A program made the position numbers and the translations under genes. From Thermoplasmata archaeon (GTDB lineage Archaea; Thermoplasmatota; Thermoplasmata; Thermoplasmatales; GCA-001856825), in NCBI GenBank assembly GCA_021792255.1, contig JAJYUZ010000002.1, forward strand, positions 160,001 through 224,000: a DNA stretch of 64,000 bases. Reading direction: 5' to 3'. The notes under the pieces are model-generated. The model searched no databases and had not been told where the DNA came from. It saw nothing but the letters and a program-made list of their open reading frames with translations. Below, in pieces: positions 1 through 9,602 of the stretch (position 1 is the first letter of the stretch; each line of letters opens with the position of its first letter).

Positions 1-1
1 A

Positions 2-184
2 AACGTGGAATACGAACCAGAGCAATTTCCAGGTCTGGTTTATAGGATAGAAGAACCAAAGGTAGTTCTCTTGTTGTTCGGTTCCGGGAAAGTTGTTTGC
101 ACGGGTGCTAAGGAAAAAGGAGAAATCTCACAGGCAGTCAAGATTCTCAAGAAGGACTTAGAGAAGATTACAGCCGTTAAATGA
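2..184 (+). CDS. tbp: TATA-box binding protein, C-terminal part (runs off window start)
   Basis: Frame 2 reads [37 protein letters not shown]..., the TBP repeat signature; stop TGA at 182-184. Not in the ORF track. Confidence 0.95.
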   Translation, partial: NVEYEPEQFPGLVYRIEEPKVVLLLFGSGKVVCTGAKEKGEISQAVKILKKDLEKITAVK

Positions 185-429
185 CCGTAAGGGAAAAAAC
201 GGGAAGAAAGAGATACGTTCATTTCACTAATCCGCCACCGGAGAAGTTGCGAAGAATAGTGCAACTTTTAGAGGATTCTAGGGTCGTCAACTATTACGGG
301 GTTACGGCGCTAAGGATAAGGCACGCACAATTAACGCGACTTAAAGAAGTGGCGGTAGAACTCGGAATGAACATTGACATGATTTCTGGAACTTTGAAGG
401 CGCTGAAAAGAAAAGTATCAGAGATCTAG
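181..429 (+). CDS. Short ribonuclease P protein, Pop5/Rpp14 family
   Basis: N-terminal REKxGRKRY and C-terminal [10 protein letters not shown] motifs are typical of Pop5; ATGA overlap with tbp. Confidence 0.65.
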   Translation: MTVREKTGRKRYVHFTNPPPEKLRRIVQLLEDSRVVNYYGVTALRIRHAQLTRLKEVAVELGMNIDMISGTLKALKRKVSEI

Positions 430-1686
430 TGAAAGTACCTCTTCCACATCCATACCTGTCTCATCTTGAATCATCTTTCTCAGTTCTTCATCCCTCTGAA
501 GAAGATAGTAAAGATAGGGCAAAGAATCCCTGTTGAGGAATGACGATGACTTGTGGATATATCTTCCCATCATCATTGAAAATTCTTTCCTAATCCCCCT
601 GTACTTCTTCAGGGAACCCATGTTCTTGATCAACGAAGGAAAAGAGAACTTCTCGAATCTTTCGCTCCTCAGTTGCAGTATCGAAACATAGGACATGAAG
701 TCGTTTGCATAGGACCATAGGGAATAATTCATCCTCTTGCCGACCCTTCCCAGGAAAAGGTCAGCTCTCCAAATATTTCTGAGAGCAAGAACGTAATCAT
801 CCACCCTCGAGTGTAATGGATACACATTCTCGAGCAGGTACAGAATGAAATCATTGGGATCCATGCCAATATTCATGATTTCTGATCTGATTTCCCGTAC
901 TCCTCGGTCATGACCGTGTAGTATGTCGTTTATGACAGTATATGCGCTAAGGGTAAGGTCCCTCCCTCCGGTTCCGCTGACTTCTCCAATTCCCTGAAGG
1001 TCATTGACCGCAGCCCTCATGTCTCCATTGGCGTTCTCCGCTATCTCGCTCAGTCTATCGGGAGGAGCATAAATGCTCTCATTCTGGAGTATCTCTTTTA
1101 GAACGCTAAGTATTTGGGATTTCATATATCTCCTAAACTCGATCGATTCGCATTTATCCACTATAGACTTTCCGGTACTAGTAGAACGGAGCGCGTAGAA
1201 ATCATTTGCAATCAAAATGACTGGATTCAAGGTTTTTTCCAGAAGGTTGGAGATTGCCCCTTTTCCTCCAGAATCAGATCCCTCTACATTCTTTTCATAC
1301 AGGGAATCGACCTCATCCATAACAATTAATTTCTTTCTATTTTTTTCGTTGGATATCGAAGAGTAAAAGGAACCTTTGATCGCATTCTGTTCGATGGCAT
1401 CTCTCGATCTAATGTCTGATGCGTTGAACTCTACATACTCCCAGTCCATCTCTTTTGCTAGAGCAAGGGCCGAAGAAGTCTTCCCGGTCCCAGGAGCTCC
1501 ATAAATAATTAGTCCCTTTTTTGAAGGCGTCCCACTTTCCCATTTCTTAGCCCAAGAAATCATTGTCTCAACTGCTTTCTCTCTCCTCAGTTGACTAAGC
1601 AGCGCAGGCCTGTATTTCTCAGCCCATGGGATTTCCACAGTCATAGATTGTTCTGTGGTTAAAACCTTTGTCTCCGGCCTAGACAA
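418..1686 (-). CDS. rfcL: Replication factor C large subunit (likely start at 1644, MTVEIPW)
   Basis: PWAEKYRP, Walker A GAPGTGKT, EFNASD, Walker B MDEVD, GDMRAAVNDLQ. Confidence 0.93.
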   Translation of the reverse strand: MSRPETKVLTTEQSMTVEIPWAEKYRPALLSQLRREKAVETMISWAKKWESGTPSKKGLIIYGAPGTGKTSSALALAKEMDWEYVEFNASDIRSRDAIEQNAIKGSFYSSISNEKNRKKLIVMDEVDSLYEKNVEGSDSGGKGAISNLLEKTLNPVILIANDFYALRSTSTGKSIVDKCESIEFRRYMKSQILSVLKEILQNESIYAPPDRLSEIAENANGDMRAAVNDLQGIGEVSGTGGRDLTLSAYTVINDILHGHDRGVREIRSEIMNIGMDPNDFILYLLENVYPLHSRVDDYVLALRNIWRADLFLGRVGKRMNYSLWSYANDFMSYVSILQLRSERFEKFSFPSLIKNMGSLKKYRGIRKEFSMMMGRYIHKSSSFLNRDSLPYLYYLLQRDEELRKMIQDETGMDVEEVLSLDL

Positions 1687-1718
1687 AGATTAAATTAATC
1701 CTTTGTGGTTGTGGTCTC

Positions 1719-2750
1719 ATGAAGATAAATATTAATGGCAAGATCAGCAACGTTAAGGCCGTATGGTACGAAGAACCAGTTATAAAGATGATAGATCAAA
1801 AGATCTTGCCTGAGACATTCAAGATTGTCGATATAAATGACACGAAGGAGCTTTTTGACGCCATCAGGAATATGACAGTTCGAGGAGCACCCTCGATAGG
1901 AGCTGCAGCTGCTTTCGGGGTTGCGCAGGCAGCTGCTCTTGGAGCTGACATAGAAGAGGCCGGCAAGTTCATAAAATCTGCTAGACCTACTGCAAACGAT
2001 CTATTTTTTGCAGTGGACTTTGTGCTGCAACATAAGGGTGATGCAAAGAAGTACGCTGCAATGTACGTCGACTCAATCGTCGAAAGATCTCGTCTAATAG
2101 GCCTGAACGGAAATGAGCTTATTGGTAACAACAAGAAAATACTGACACACTGCAATGCAGGGGCTCTCGCTTCTGTCGATTATGGTACGGCCCTATCTCC
2201 CATTAGGATGGCCAAGGAGAGTGGTAAGAAGCCCTTCGTGTGGGTAGATGAAACTAGGCCTAGGTTGCAGGGAGCAAGATTGACTGCCTGGGAGCTTGTC
2301 CAAGAGGGAATAGAACACAAAGTCATAGCCGATAATGCGGCTGGTTTTCTGATGGAAAGACAGCAAGTGGATCTCGCGATTGTTGGAGCAGATAGAATCA
2401 CCAAGAATGGAGACTTTGCTAATAAGATAGGGACTTACGAAAAAGCCGTCCTTGCAAAAGAAAATGCAGTTAATTTTTATGTAGCCGCACCCCTAAGTAC
2501 CTTCGATTTCACCATTGAAAATGGTCGCGGAATCCCAATAGAGATCAGATCAGAAGAAGAGGTCAAGGAAGTAAAGGGAGTGGCCATTTCTCCTAAGGAA
2601 TCTATGGCTTACAATCCTGCATTCGACGTGACCCCAAACAGATTTGTGACGGGATATATCACCGAGTATGGTGTCTTCAAGAGTTCAGAACTTCACACAC
2701 TCAAGGACAAGGGAAAAGAATCAATTATAGAACAGATTGAGGACATGTAA
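1719..2750 (+). CDS. mtnA: S-methyl-5-thioribose-1-phosphate isomerase (eIF-2B/MtnA family)
   Basis: MTVRGAP, LTHCNAGALA, DETRP, NKIGTY and NPAFDVTP motifs. Confidence 0.9.
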   Translation: MKININGKISNVKAVWYEEPVIKMIDQKILPETFKIVDINDTKELFDAIRNMTVRGAPSIGAAAAFGVAQAAALGADIEEAGKFIKSARPTANDLFFAVDFVLQHKGDAKKYAAMYVDSIVERSRLIGLNGNELIGNNKKILTHCNAGALASVDYGTALSPIRMAKESGKKPFVWVDETRPRLQGARLTAWELVQEGIEHKVIADNAAGFLMERQQVDLAIVGADRITKNGDFANKIGTYEKAVLAKENAVNFYVAAPLSTFDFTIENGRGIPIEIRSEEEVKEVKGVAISPKESMAYNPAFDVTPNRFVTGYITEYGVFKSSELHTLKDKGKESIIEQIEDM

Positions 2751-2790
2751 GACGAAATACTTTTAATGGGGTAATAATCATTGATATATA

Positions 2791-4743
2791 GTGACGAAAC
2801 CAAATATCCTCTGGGAATCTAAAGAATTTTGTGAAAAGTCGAACATAACAAAGTACAAAGATTGGATCACTACCGAGTACGGAAAGAAATTCAGTAATTA
2901 TGAGGAACTGAGAAAATGGTCAGTTCAGGACGTCTCGGCTTTCTGGGAATCGATACTTAGATATTTTGGGATCAAGACAGAAGGAGAGTACTCGAGAGCA
3001 CTCAACTCTGAAAAGATGCCGGACAACATTTGGTTTCAGGGGCTCAAGCTGAATTATGCCGAGAATAACCTGTCCCTGGGAAAGCAAGAAGAGCTCGTTC
3101 TGTTTTTCAACGAATCAGGGGAAAAGAAAAGTGTGTCTAAAAAGGAATTCCTTGAGAGAGCAGGTGCGGTTCAGAAATTCTTGTCAGATACTGGAGTGAA
3201 AGAAGGGGACAGAGTCGCGTCATTTCTTCCAAACGTTCCCGAAGCAATGGAGGCTCTCTATGCTACAGCAGCCATTGGTGCAGTCTGGTCGAGTTCATCT
3301 CCCGATTTTGGGTCGGAGGCTATTCTGGAAAGGTTTAGACAAATATCTCCAAAAGTGCTGTTTGCAACGGACAGCTACACTTACAACGGAAAGCGATATG
3401 ATAAGAACGAAGTGATCAAAAAGGTAATGGACAAAATTCCAAGTATCAAGAAAGTTGTGGTGCTCGGAGACGGAAGCTCAAAAGCTGGTGCCAAATCAAT
3501 CTCAATGAATTCTATAGTCACGGAAAAGAGAAATCTTTCTTTCAATAGGGTACCGTTTAATCATCCACTCTGGATACTGTATTCTTCTGGAACCACCGGT
3601 CCTCCCAAGGCGATAGTTCACAGTCAGGGCGGGATACTCCTGGAACACCTGAAGTTGCTTGGTCTGCACTACAACTTGAACAAAGGAGACAAGTTCTTTT
3701 GGTACACGACAACCGGATGGATGATGTGGAACGTTCTGGTGAGCTCAATATCGACGGGAGCCACCGCTGTTCTTTACGACGGGAGTTCAACGTTCCCAAG
3801 CGATTATAGTCTGTGGGACATTGCTCAAGAAAACAATATTTCCTTTTTTGGGACGAGCGCGGCTTATCTTTCTCATTTAATGAAAGAGAAGATAAGATTG
3901 GTCGACAAATATCCGCTTAAGAATCTCTTTGCCATTGGATCAACGGGTTCGCCACTTTCAGACGAAGCGTTCAGATACGTTTATAACAGCCTGAAGAGAG
4001 ACGTTTGGTTAGCCTCCATAAGTGGTGGGACGGATCTGTGTACTGCGTTCCTCGGTGGTTGCGCCTGTCTTCCTGTCACTGAAGGAGAACTGCAGTGCAT
4101 AGACCTTGGAGCCGACATTCAATCGTTCGATGATGACGGAAGACCAGTGATCGATCAGGTAGGCGAACTCGTAATAAGGAAACCAATGCCCTCAATGCCG
4201 ATATACCTGTACAATGATAATGGGGAGAAACTAATAGAGACATATTTTTCACGGTATCCAGGAATTTGGAGGCACGGGGACTGGCTCACCTTGACTTCGA
4301 GAGGGTCTGCCGTCATTCAGGGCCGCTCAGACTCGACGCTCAAGAGGAGAGGAATAAGAATCGGAACGGCAGAAATATACGGAGTTCTGGATGGTATTGA
4401 CGAGGTAAGAGACAGCATAATCGTTGGCCTCGAGCTAGAAGGAAGCGAGTACTACATGCCCCTTTTTGTGGTGACCGATGAGGCAGAAGACTTTGACAGG
4501 GTAAAGAAGAAGATTGTAGAGGAAATAAAAAGTAAGTTATCGCCCCGTCACATACCAGATGACATCATAAGAGTGACTCAAGTGCCTCGAACAATAAACG
4601 GTAAAAAGATGGAGGTCCCGTTGAAAAAACTGCTACTGGGCCTCCAAAATGAGAAGACCATAAACATCGACTCAATGGCGAATCCCGGATCACTTGAGGA
4701 ATTTCAAGAAATCGCGAAGAATATCAAAAGGAAAGTGAAGTGA
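2791..4743 (+). CDS. Acetoacetate--CoA ligase (AMP-forming acyl-CoA synthetase)
   Basis: ILYSSGTTGPPK, YTTTGWMMWN, SISGGTD, WRHGD and GKKMEVP are AACS-type motifs. Confidence 0.9.
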   Translation: MTKPNILWESKEFCEKSNITKYKDWITTEYGKKFSNYEELRKWSVQDVSAFWESILRYFGIKTEGEYSRALNSEKMPDNIWFQGLKLNYAENNLSLGKQEELVLFFNESGEKKSVSKKEFLERAGAVQKFLSDTGVKEGDRVASFLPNVPEAMEALYATAAIGAVWSSSSPDFGSEAILERFRQISPKVLFATDSYTYNGKRYDKNEVIKKVMDKIPSIKKVVVLGDGSSKAGAKSISMNSIVTEKRNLSFNRVPFNHPLWILYSSGTTGPPKAIVHSQGGILLEHLKLLGLHYNLNKGDKFFWYTTTGWMMWNVLVSSISTGATAVLYDGSSTFPSDYSLWDIAQENNISFFGTSAAYLSHLMKEKIRLVDKYPLKNLFAIGSTGSPLSDEAFRYVYNSLKRDVWLASISGGTDLCTAFLGGCACLPVTEGELQCIDLGADIQSFDDDGRPVIDQVGELVIRKPMPSMPIYLYNDNGEKLIETYFSRYPGIWRHGDWLTLTSRGSAVIQGRSDSTLKRRGIRIGTAEIYGVLDGIDEVRDSIIVGLELEGSEYYMPLFVVTDEAEDFDRVKKKIVEEIKSKLSPRHIPDDIIRVTQVPRTINGKKMEVPLKKLLLGLQNEKTINIDSMANPGSLEEFQEIAKNIKRKVK

Positions 4744-4791
4744 GAATTCCACCAGAGTTTATGTCATCTATTCGGGGAGAAGATGGAGGTT

Positions 4792-5940
4792 TCAGGAGTG
4801 TATCTTTTCCCACATGTGTTTTGCGAGTTTTCCATCGTAAAGGAATTTTGAGAACTCGTCTTTGCTTTTTTCCCTTCTCTCTCTGTGTTCCTCGAGCAGT
4901 TTATTGACCTTTCTGGCGAGAGTGGCTTTGACCTCCCCCGTCAACATATTCCCCTTGGAGTAATCTCTCGTTATTCTCTCCATCTCGTCATCATTGTCCT
5001 CAAAGATGTAGTACAACCACTGGTACGGGACATCCACCTTCAGGTCTGCTCCAAGCTTCCTCTGTAATTCAGTCGTAGCCTGCCCTCCAGAGAAGGCGTA
5101 TTTCATTATTTTCTTCTCGACCGTTTTCGGAGGATCGGAAAGATAAACTGCAGATTCTGGTATGGACGAACTCATCTTTCCATCCGAACTGGCAAGAGGT
5201 GGGAGAAATTTGCTGTGTATCTCCGCGGCCTTTCGATATCCTAGTGACTCCGCAAGATCTCTCTGAAGTCTCCAGTATGGATCCTGGTCTATTGCCGCAG
5301 GAATCAAGCAGCGCTTATTCTCAAACATCGTAGGAACGATTTGGATTGCCGGGTAAAAGAGTATTCCAATGTTCGACGATACATCAAGTCCGAAAGTGGA
5401 TTTCACCTGTGAAAAGTTGAGTTTCTTTGCAATCGCAGTGACTAGGGGATACATGTTCCTGATGTACTCTGTGTCCTTGAAAATAAATGTCTTATCGGGG
5501 TTGAATCCCACTGCGATGATATCGAGTATGTTTTGGTATGCCCATTCCGATGTTTGTTTGAGAGTATAATCCTGATTTCTCATGAACTTCTCATCGTCTG
5601 TGATTTCAATATAGACGTTGACGTTGAAGATATCCTGCAACCACTTTGTGAAAAGAAACGGGACGAGGTGTCCGATATGCATCCCCATCGATGGAGCCCT
5701 ACCCGTGTACAAGAAGAATCCTTTTCCTTCCCTGTAATCCTTGAGAATCAGGTCGAGATCTCTGTGAGAGAAGAAGATATTTCTCCTGAGCATAACGTGC
5801 ATCTTCTGACGTGAAATATCAGAAATTTCCTCCAAGATTTCTCTAGATATCTTCTGGGTGCCGAACTGCTGCATGAGTTTCTCGTAGTCAACTTTTCCAG
5901 AAACCTCCCAGGGTGTGACCTTAAATTCGTCTTCTTGCAC
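4792..5940 (-). CDS. trpS: Tryptophan--tRNA ligase (archaeal/eukaryotic type)
   Basis: VTPWEV, YTGRAPS, HIGH, AIDQDPY, KMSSS. Confidence 0.96.
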   Translation of the reverse strand: MQEDEFKVTPWEVSGKVDYEKLMQQFGTQKISREILEEISDISRQKMHVMLRRNIFFSHRDLDLILKDYREGKGFFLYTGRAPSMGMHIGHLVPFLFTKWLQDIFNVNVYIEITDDEKFMRNQDYTLKQTSEWAYQNILDIIAVGFNPDKTFIFKDTEYIRNMYPLVTAIAKKLNFSQVKSTFGLDVSSNIGILFYPAIQIVPTMFENKRCLIPAAIDQDPYWRLQRDLAESLGYRKAAEIHSKFLPPLASSDGKMSSSIPESAVYLSDPPKTVEKKIMKYAFSGGQATTELQRKLGADLKVDVPYQWLYYIFEDNDDEMERITRDYSKGNMLTGEVKATLARKVNKLLEEHRERREKSKDEFSKFLYDGKLAKHMWEKIHS

Positions 5941-6053
5941 ACCGAGTAATGCACATACCTAATAAAATCATTATTGACCTATTTCCGAAATCAAGTGCCC
6001 ATGTCTCGACTTAATTCCAGAAAATACTTCTACGGAAATGTCCATGCATAGTT

Positions 6054-6518
6054 ATGATATTTGCCGTTAAAATAAGGGGAATAGAACAAGGGCAAGAGAT
6101 ACCGGTCGAATTCACGTGTGACGGGAAGAATGGCTCTCCCGAGATCCTCTTAGAGGGGATTCCATCGGGAACCAAATCGCTCGCTCTAATTGTCGAAGAT
6201 CCGGACGCCCCGGTAGGTCTGTTCGTTCATTGGGTAATCTACGGCATAAACCCTGAAGTGTCAAAAATAGAAGGGAATATTGAAAAGTCCTCTCGGACTA
6301 GAGAAGGATTCCTTCAAGGCAAGAACGATTTCGGTAAGATCGGGTACGATGGGCCATGTCCTCCTAGGGGGCACGGGTTTCACAGATATTACTTTAAGGT
6401 TTACGCTTTAAATTCCTCACCTGTCATATATGAACTGCCTGACCGAAAGAAACTTTTGGGAGCAATGGCTGGAAAAATATTAGGACAGGCAGAATCCATG
6501 GGTAGGTATAAACGGTAG
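6054..6518 (+). CDS. YbhB/YbcL family (PEBP/RKIP-like) protein
   Basis: EDPDAP, FVHWV, GYDGPCPP, HRY motifs. Confidence 0.92.
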   Translation: MIFAVKIRGIEQGQEIPVEFTCDGKNGSPEILLEGIPSGTKSLALIVEDPDAPVGLFVHWVIYGINPEVSKIEGNIEKSSRTREGFLQGKNDFGKIGYDGPCPPRGHGFHRYYFKVYALNSSPVIYELPDRKKLLGAMAGKILGQAESMGRYKR

Positions 6519-6519
6519 C

Positions 6520-7458
6520 TCAACCCAGATATCCCACGAAGTGGTGAGCAATCATGCCGATTACGAATGTCGCAAGGAAACCTAGTGTGACCAACCCGAG
6601 TGATCTCAAAAGATCCCGGCTAAGCTTTCCGCTCGACTGAATTGATATCACAGAAGTCACGATTCCATCTACGATCATAACAAGCACAAACGCGGTGATG
6701 AGGGCAGGGTATCTCTGGAGAAACAGGAATGGGAAGATTGGCACTATGGCACCAATGAAATAGTACAGGGCAGTGTTTGCTGCTGCTTTTCTTGCCGTAT
6801 ATCCGTGGGATGCATCAATCTGCGCCTTCGCGTGTTCTGATAGATAAGCACCTATAGTCATTGAAACTAGACCGGATGCTCCGAATACAACTCCTCCCAC
6901 TGCAACGTAGATGTTGTTAATGAAAACCCCGCTAAGTCCGGCAACACTGGCTAAAACCTCTATCAGTCCATCAGACAAACCGTAGATAGCATCTCTTACG
7001 GTCTCTGCATTCCCTTTCAGGTCTGCTATCATTTTTATGAAGACAGCTTCGTGTTCTCTCTCATCCTTCAGAATCTTGGCAAGTTGATCTTTTTCCCACT
7101 GTTCCTTCGATTCCCTCTCAATATATTCTGAGTACTCTCTGATTGCATCTACTTCTCCTCCCTCAAGGTAGCGAACCAGAAACGAAATGCCAAATATTCT
7201 CTGAAGAAAGCCCAGATAGGAGAAATATCCAGGTCTCCTTTTCTTGAAGCGTGGAGGGGTTCTTCCCTTTCTCTTGATTATCTCTGCCCAGAAATTGGCG
7301 TGAGCCGACTCAATCGATGATAGGTCCATAAGTTTCTTTGCAATATTCTCATCTCTTTCGCTTCTCCTTAATGACGATGACATCCTTTTGGAGATTTTTT
7401 CGTAGAGATCAGCATCATTCAATTCATTCTGATAAAAAGTTTCAGGGCTATTTACCAC
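6520..7458 (-). CDS. Rubrerythrin/ferritin-like domain fused to VIT1/CCC1 iron transporter
   Basis: N-terminal diiron motifs (ESAH, EREH); C-terminal DAIYGLSDGL and SMTIGAYLS with TM helices. Confidence 0.85.
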   Translation of the reverse strand: MVNSPETFYQNELNDADLYEKISKRMSSSLRRSERDENIAKKLMDLSSIESAHANFWAEIIKRKGRTPPRFKKRRPGYFSYLGFLQRIFGISFLVRYLEGGEVDAIREYSEYIERESKEQWEKDQLAKILKDEREHEAVFIKMIADLKGNAETVRDAIYGLSDGLIEVLASVAGLSGVFINNIYVAVGGVVFGASGLVSMTIGAYLSEHAKAQIDASHGYTARKAAANTALYYFIGAIVPIFPFLFLQRYPALITAFVLVMIVDGIVTSVISIQSSGKLSRDLLRSLGLVTLGFLATFVIGMIAHHFVGYLG

Positions 7459-7561
7459 TCAAATGCATCTTAAAATGATTATTAACTGTTTCTAGGCGGC
7501 GCTTCTAAAAGTACGCCCAGGAAAGAATAAATCTTTTTAATGCATCAGGTGAGGTGGTAAA

Positions 7562-8881
7562 ATGACCCAGAACGTTTTAATCATGGGAGCAGCCGGTCGT
7601 GATTTCCACAATTTCAACACGTATTTTAGAAACAAAGCAGAATACAACGTTGTAGGATTCACGGCAACTCAGATACCAAACATTGAGGGAAGGACCTATC
7701 CAAAGGAACTTGCCGGAAAGCTCTATCCCAAGGGAATACCCATATATCCGGAATCTGACCTAACGGAACTAATAAGAGATAAGAAAATCGATCTTGTGGT
7801 ATTTTCATATTCTGATGTTCCTCACGAGTACGTGATGCACAAGGGATCGGAGGTTCTTGCAGCTGGTGCAAACTATCTTCTTCTAGGACCCAAGGATACT
7901 CAAATAAAGAGCAAGAAGCCTCTGATTTCAATCTGCGCCGTAAGGACCGGATCGGGCAAGTCTCAGACCACGAGGAGAGTTGAAGACATTCTGGTGGGAA
8001 TGGGGAAAAAGGTAGTTGCTATCAGACATCCGATGCCGTATGGAAACCTTCTTGAACAAAAGGTCCAAAGGTTTGCAACGATGGAAGACTTGGTAAAACA
8101 GAAATGCACGATTGAAGAGAGGGAAGAGTACGAGCCACACATAAAAAGAAACGTGGTTATATACGCCGGCGTCGATTACGAAGCGATACTGAGACAGGCC
8201 GAGAAGGAGGGCGATATTGTTCTCTGGGACGGAGGAAACAACGATTTCTCGTTCTACGAGAGCGATCTCGAGATAGTCGTGGCAGATCCTCATAGAGCCG
8301 GGCACGAAATTAAGTATCACCCGGGAGAAGTCAACCTACGTTCAGCAGATGTAATTGTGATCAACAAGGAAGAGACGGCAACTCTCGAGAACATAAACGC
8401 GGTGAGAGAGAACATAAGGAAGTTCAACCCTAAGGCTATAGTTGTCGATGGCGCATCACCCTTCTTCAGCGGAGATGCCGATAAAGTAAGCGGGAAGAGG
8501 GTACTGGCAATAGAGGACGGTCCGACCCTCACACACGGCGAAATGAGCTATGGAGCCGCGGTCCTTTTCTCTATCAAGTATGGAGCTTCTGAGTTGGTCG
8601 ATGCTAAAGAGTTTGCAAAAGGAACGATCAAAGGAGTGTATGAAAAATACAAGCAGGTCCATAATTATCTGCCAGCGATGGGATATTCTCCAAAACAAGT
8701 GAAGGATTTGGAAGCAACGATCAATTCAACTCCTGCAGACGTAGTGGTTTCTGGAACTCCCATTGACCTGACGAAAATCGTGAAAATCAATAAGCCTCTG
8801 ATAAACGTCAAGTACGAACTTCAGGAAATTGGGAAACCTGACCTGACGGACATATTGGCGAAATTCGTCAAGACACACTAG
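7562..8881 (+). CDS. COG2403 P-loop protein (CpgS-like; probable arginine synthetase ArcE type)
   Basis: MGAAGRDFHNFN, AVRTGSGKSQT, RHPMPYG, EEREEYE, WDGGNND, EDGPTLTHG. Confidence 0.75.
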   Translation: MTQNVLIMGAAGRDFHNFNTYFRNKAEYNVVGFTATQIPNIEGRTYPKELAGKLYPKGIPIYPESDLTELIRDKKIDLVVFSYSDVPHEYVMHKGSEVLAAGANYLLLGPKDTQIKSKKPLISICAVRTGSGKSQTTRRVEDILVGMGKKVVAIRHPMPYGNLLEQKVQRFATMEDLVKQKCTIEEREEYEPHIKRNVVIYAGVDYEAILRQAEKEGDIVLWDGGNNDFSFYESDLEIVVADPHRAGHEIKYHPGEVNLRSADVIVINKEETATLENINAVRENIRKFNPKAIVVDGASPFFSGDADKVSGKRVLAIEDGPTLTHGEMSYGAAVLFSIKYGASELVDAKEFAKGTIKGVYEKYKQVHNYLPAMGYSPKQVKDLEATINSTPADVVVSGTPIDLTKIVKINKPLINVKYELQEIGKPDLTDILAKFVKTH

Positions 8882-9119
8882 AGACGCTTGATTCTATTTT
8901 TTTTATTAATCCTTCTTTACTCCCTTCCCATTCGACTTCTATCTTTTTCACTATCTTCCGTGGTACTCTTGGATATCTAGCCTCATATACGGTGTAGTTT
9001 AGATTCATTGAGTTAATAATTTCGAACAATTTATGGGAGGGAAAATTCTTCTTGACTCTTCTTCCCATCTTTCTGGTTATAGAAGTGTCGAAATAAGTTT
9101 CCCAGAGTGTTCGCTTCAT
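8868..9119 (-). CDS. srp19: Signal recognition particle protein SRP19
   Basis: LW..YFD...RKMGRRV and YPR motifs; follows rps8e as is usual in archaea. Confidence 0.85.
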   Translation of the reverse strand: MKRTLWETYFDTSITRKMGRRVKKNFPSHKLFEIINSMNLNYTVYEARYPRVPRKIVKKIEVEWEGSKEGLIKKIESSVSSVS

Positions 9120-9499
9120 TTCTGGATTAGAACTGCGCTTATTCTTCCACTCTGGCCAGGTCTTGACGTCACTCTCGCATTACCAAGTTCCGTGACGACT
9201 ATGGCTCCCCTTGTGATTATGTTTCTCTGAGCATAGTGCGGATCTGCAATATTTTCCAGCACATTCAGAATCTTAACCTTCTTTGTGACCTTACTCTTTG
9301 GATTTGTCACGTCAACTTCATTCCCACTCAAAAGGACCGATTTATTGTTTCCCCCCATACCCCAAACTTGCTTTCTCTTGACCTTTCCCAACACAGTTAG
9401 AGTAGGCTCGTTTCCGAGTTCGAATCTCTTTTTGTGCCTGTTCGATCTGAGTTTCCCACCACTTATCTTTCCCCTTGCCTTCCCGTGATATATGGCCAT
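9116..9499 (-). CDS. rps8e: 30S ribosomal protein eS8
   Basis: KKRFELG, RNIITRGA, ARVTSRPGQSG. Confidence 0.96.
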   Translation of the reverse strand: MAIYHGKARGKISGGKLRSNRHKKRFELGNEPTLTVLGKVKRKQVWGMGGNNKSVLLSGNEVDVTNPKSKVTKKVKILNVLENIADPHYAQRNIITRGAIVVTELGNARVTSRPGQSGRISAVLIQK

Positions 9500-9602
9500 G
9501 TGAGACGGCTATGAAAAAAAGGTAGTTAAACCTTTCACTTAACCTAGAACGGAGCAGAAATGTTATAGTACACCGGTTCTGCTCATTGAACTGGTTGTTT
9601 TT

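Noticed and set aside
9552-9584. GAGCAGAA/TTCTGCTC hairpin downstream of gltA
   Set aside because: Single 8-bp stem with no ACA box or K-turn; may be a terminator or chance.
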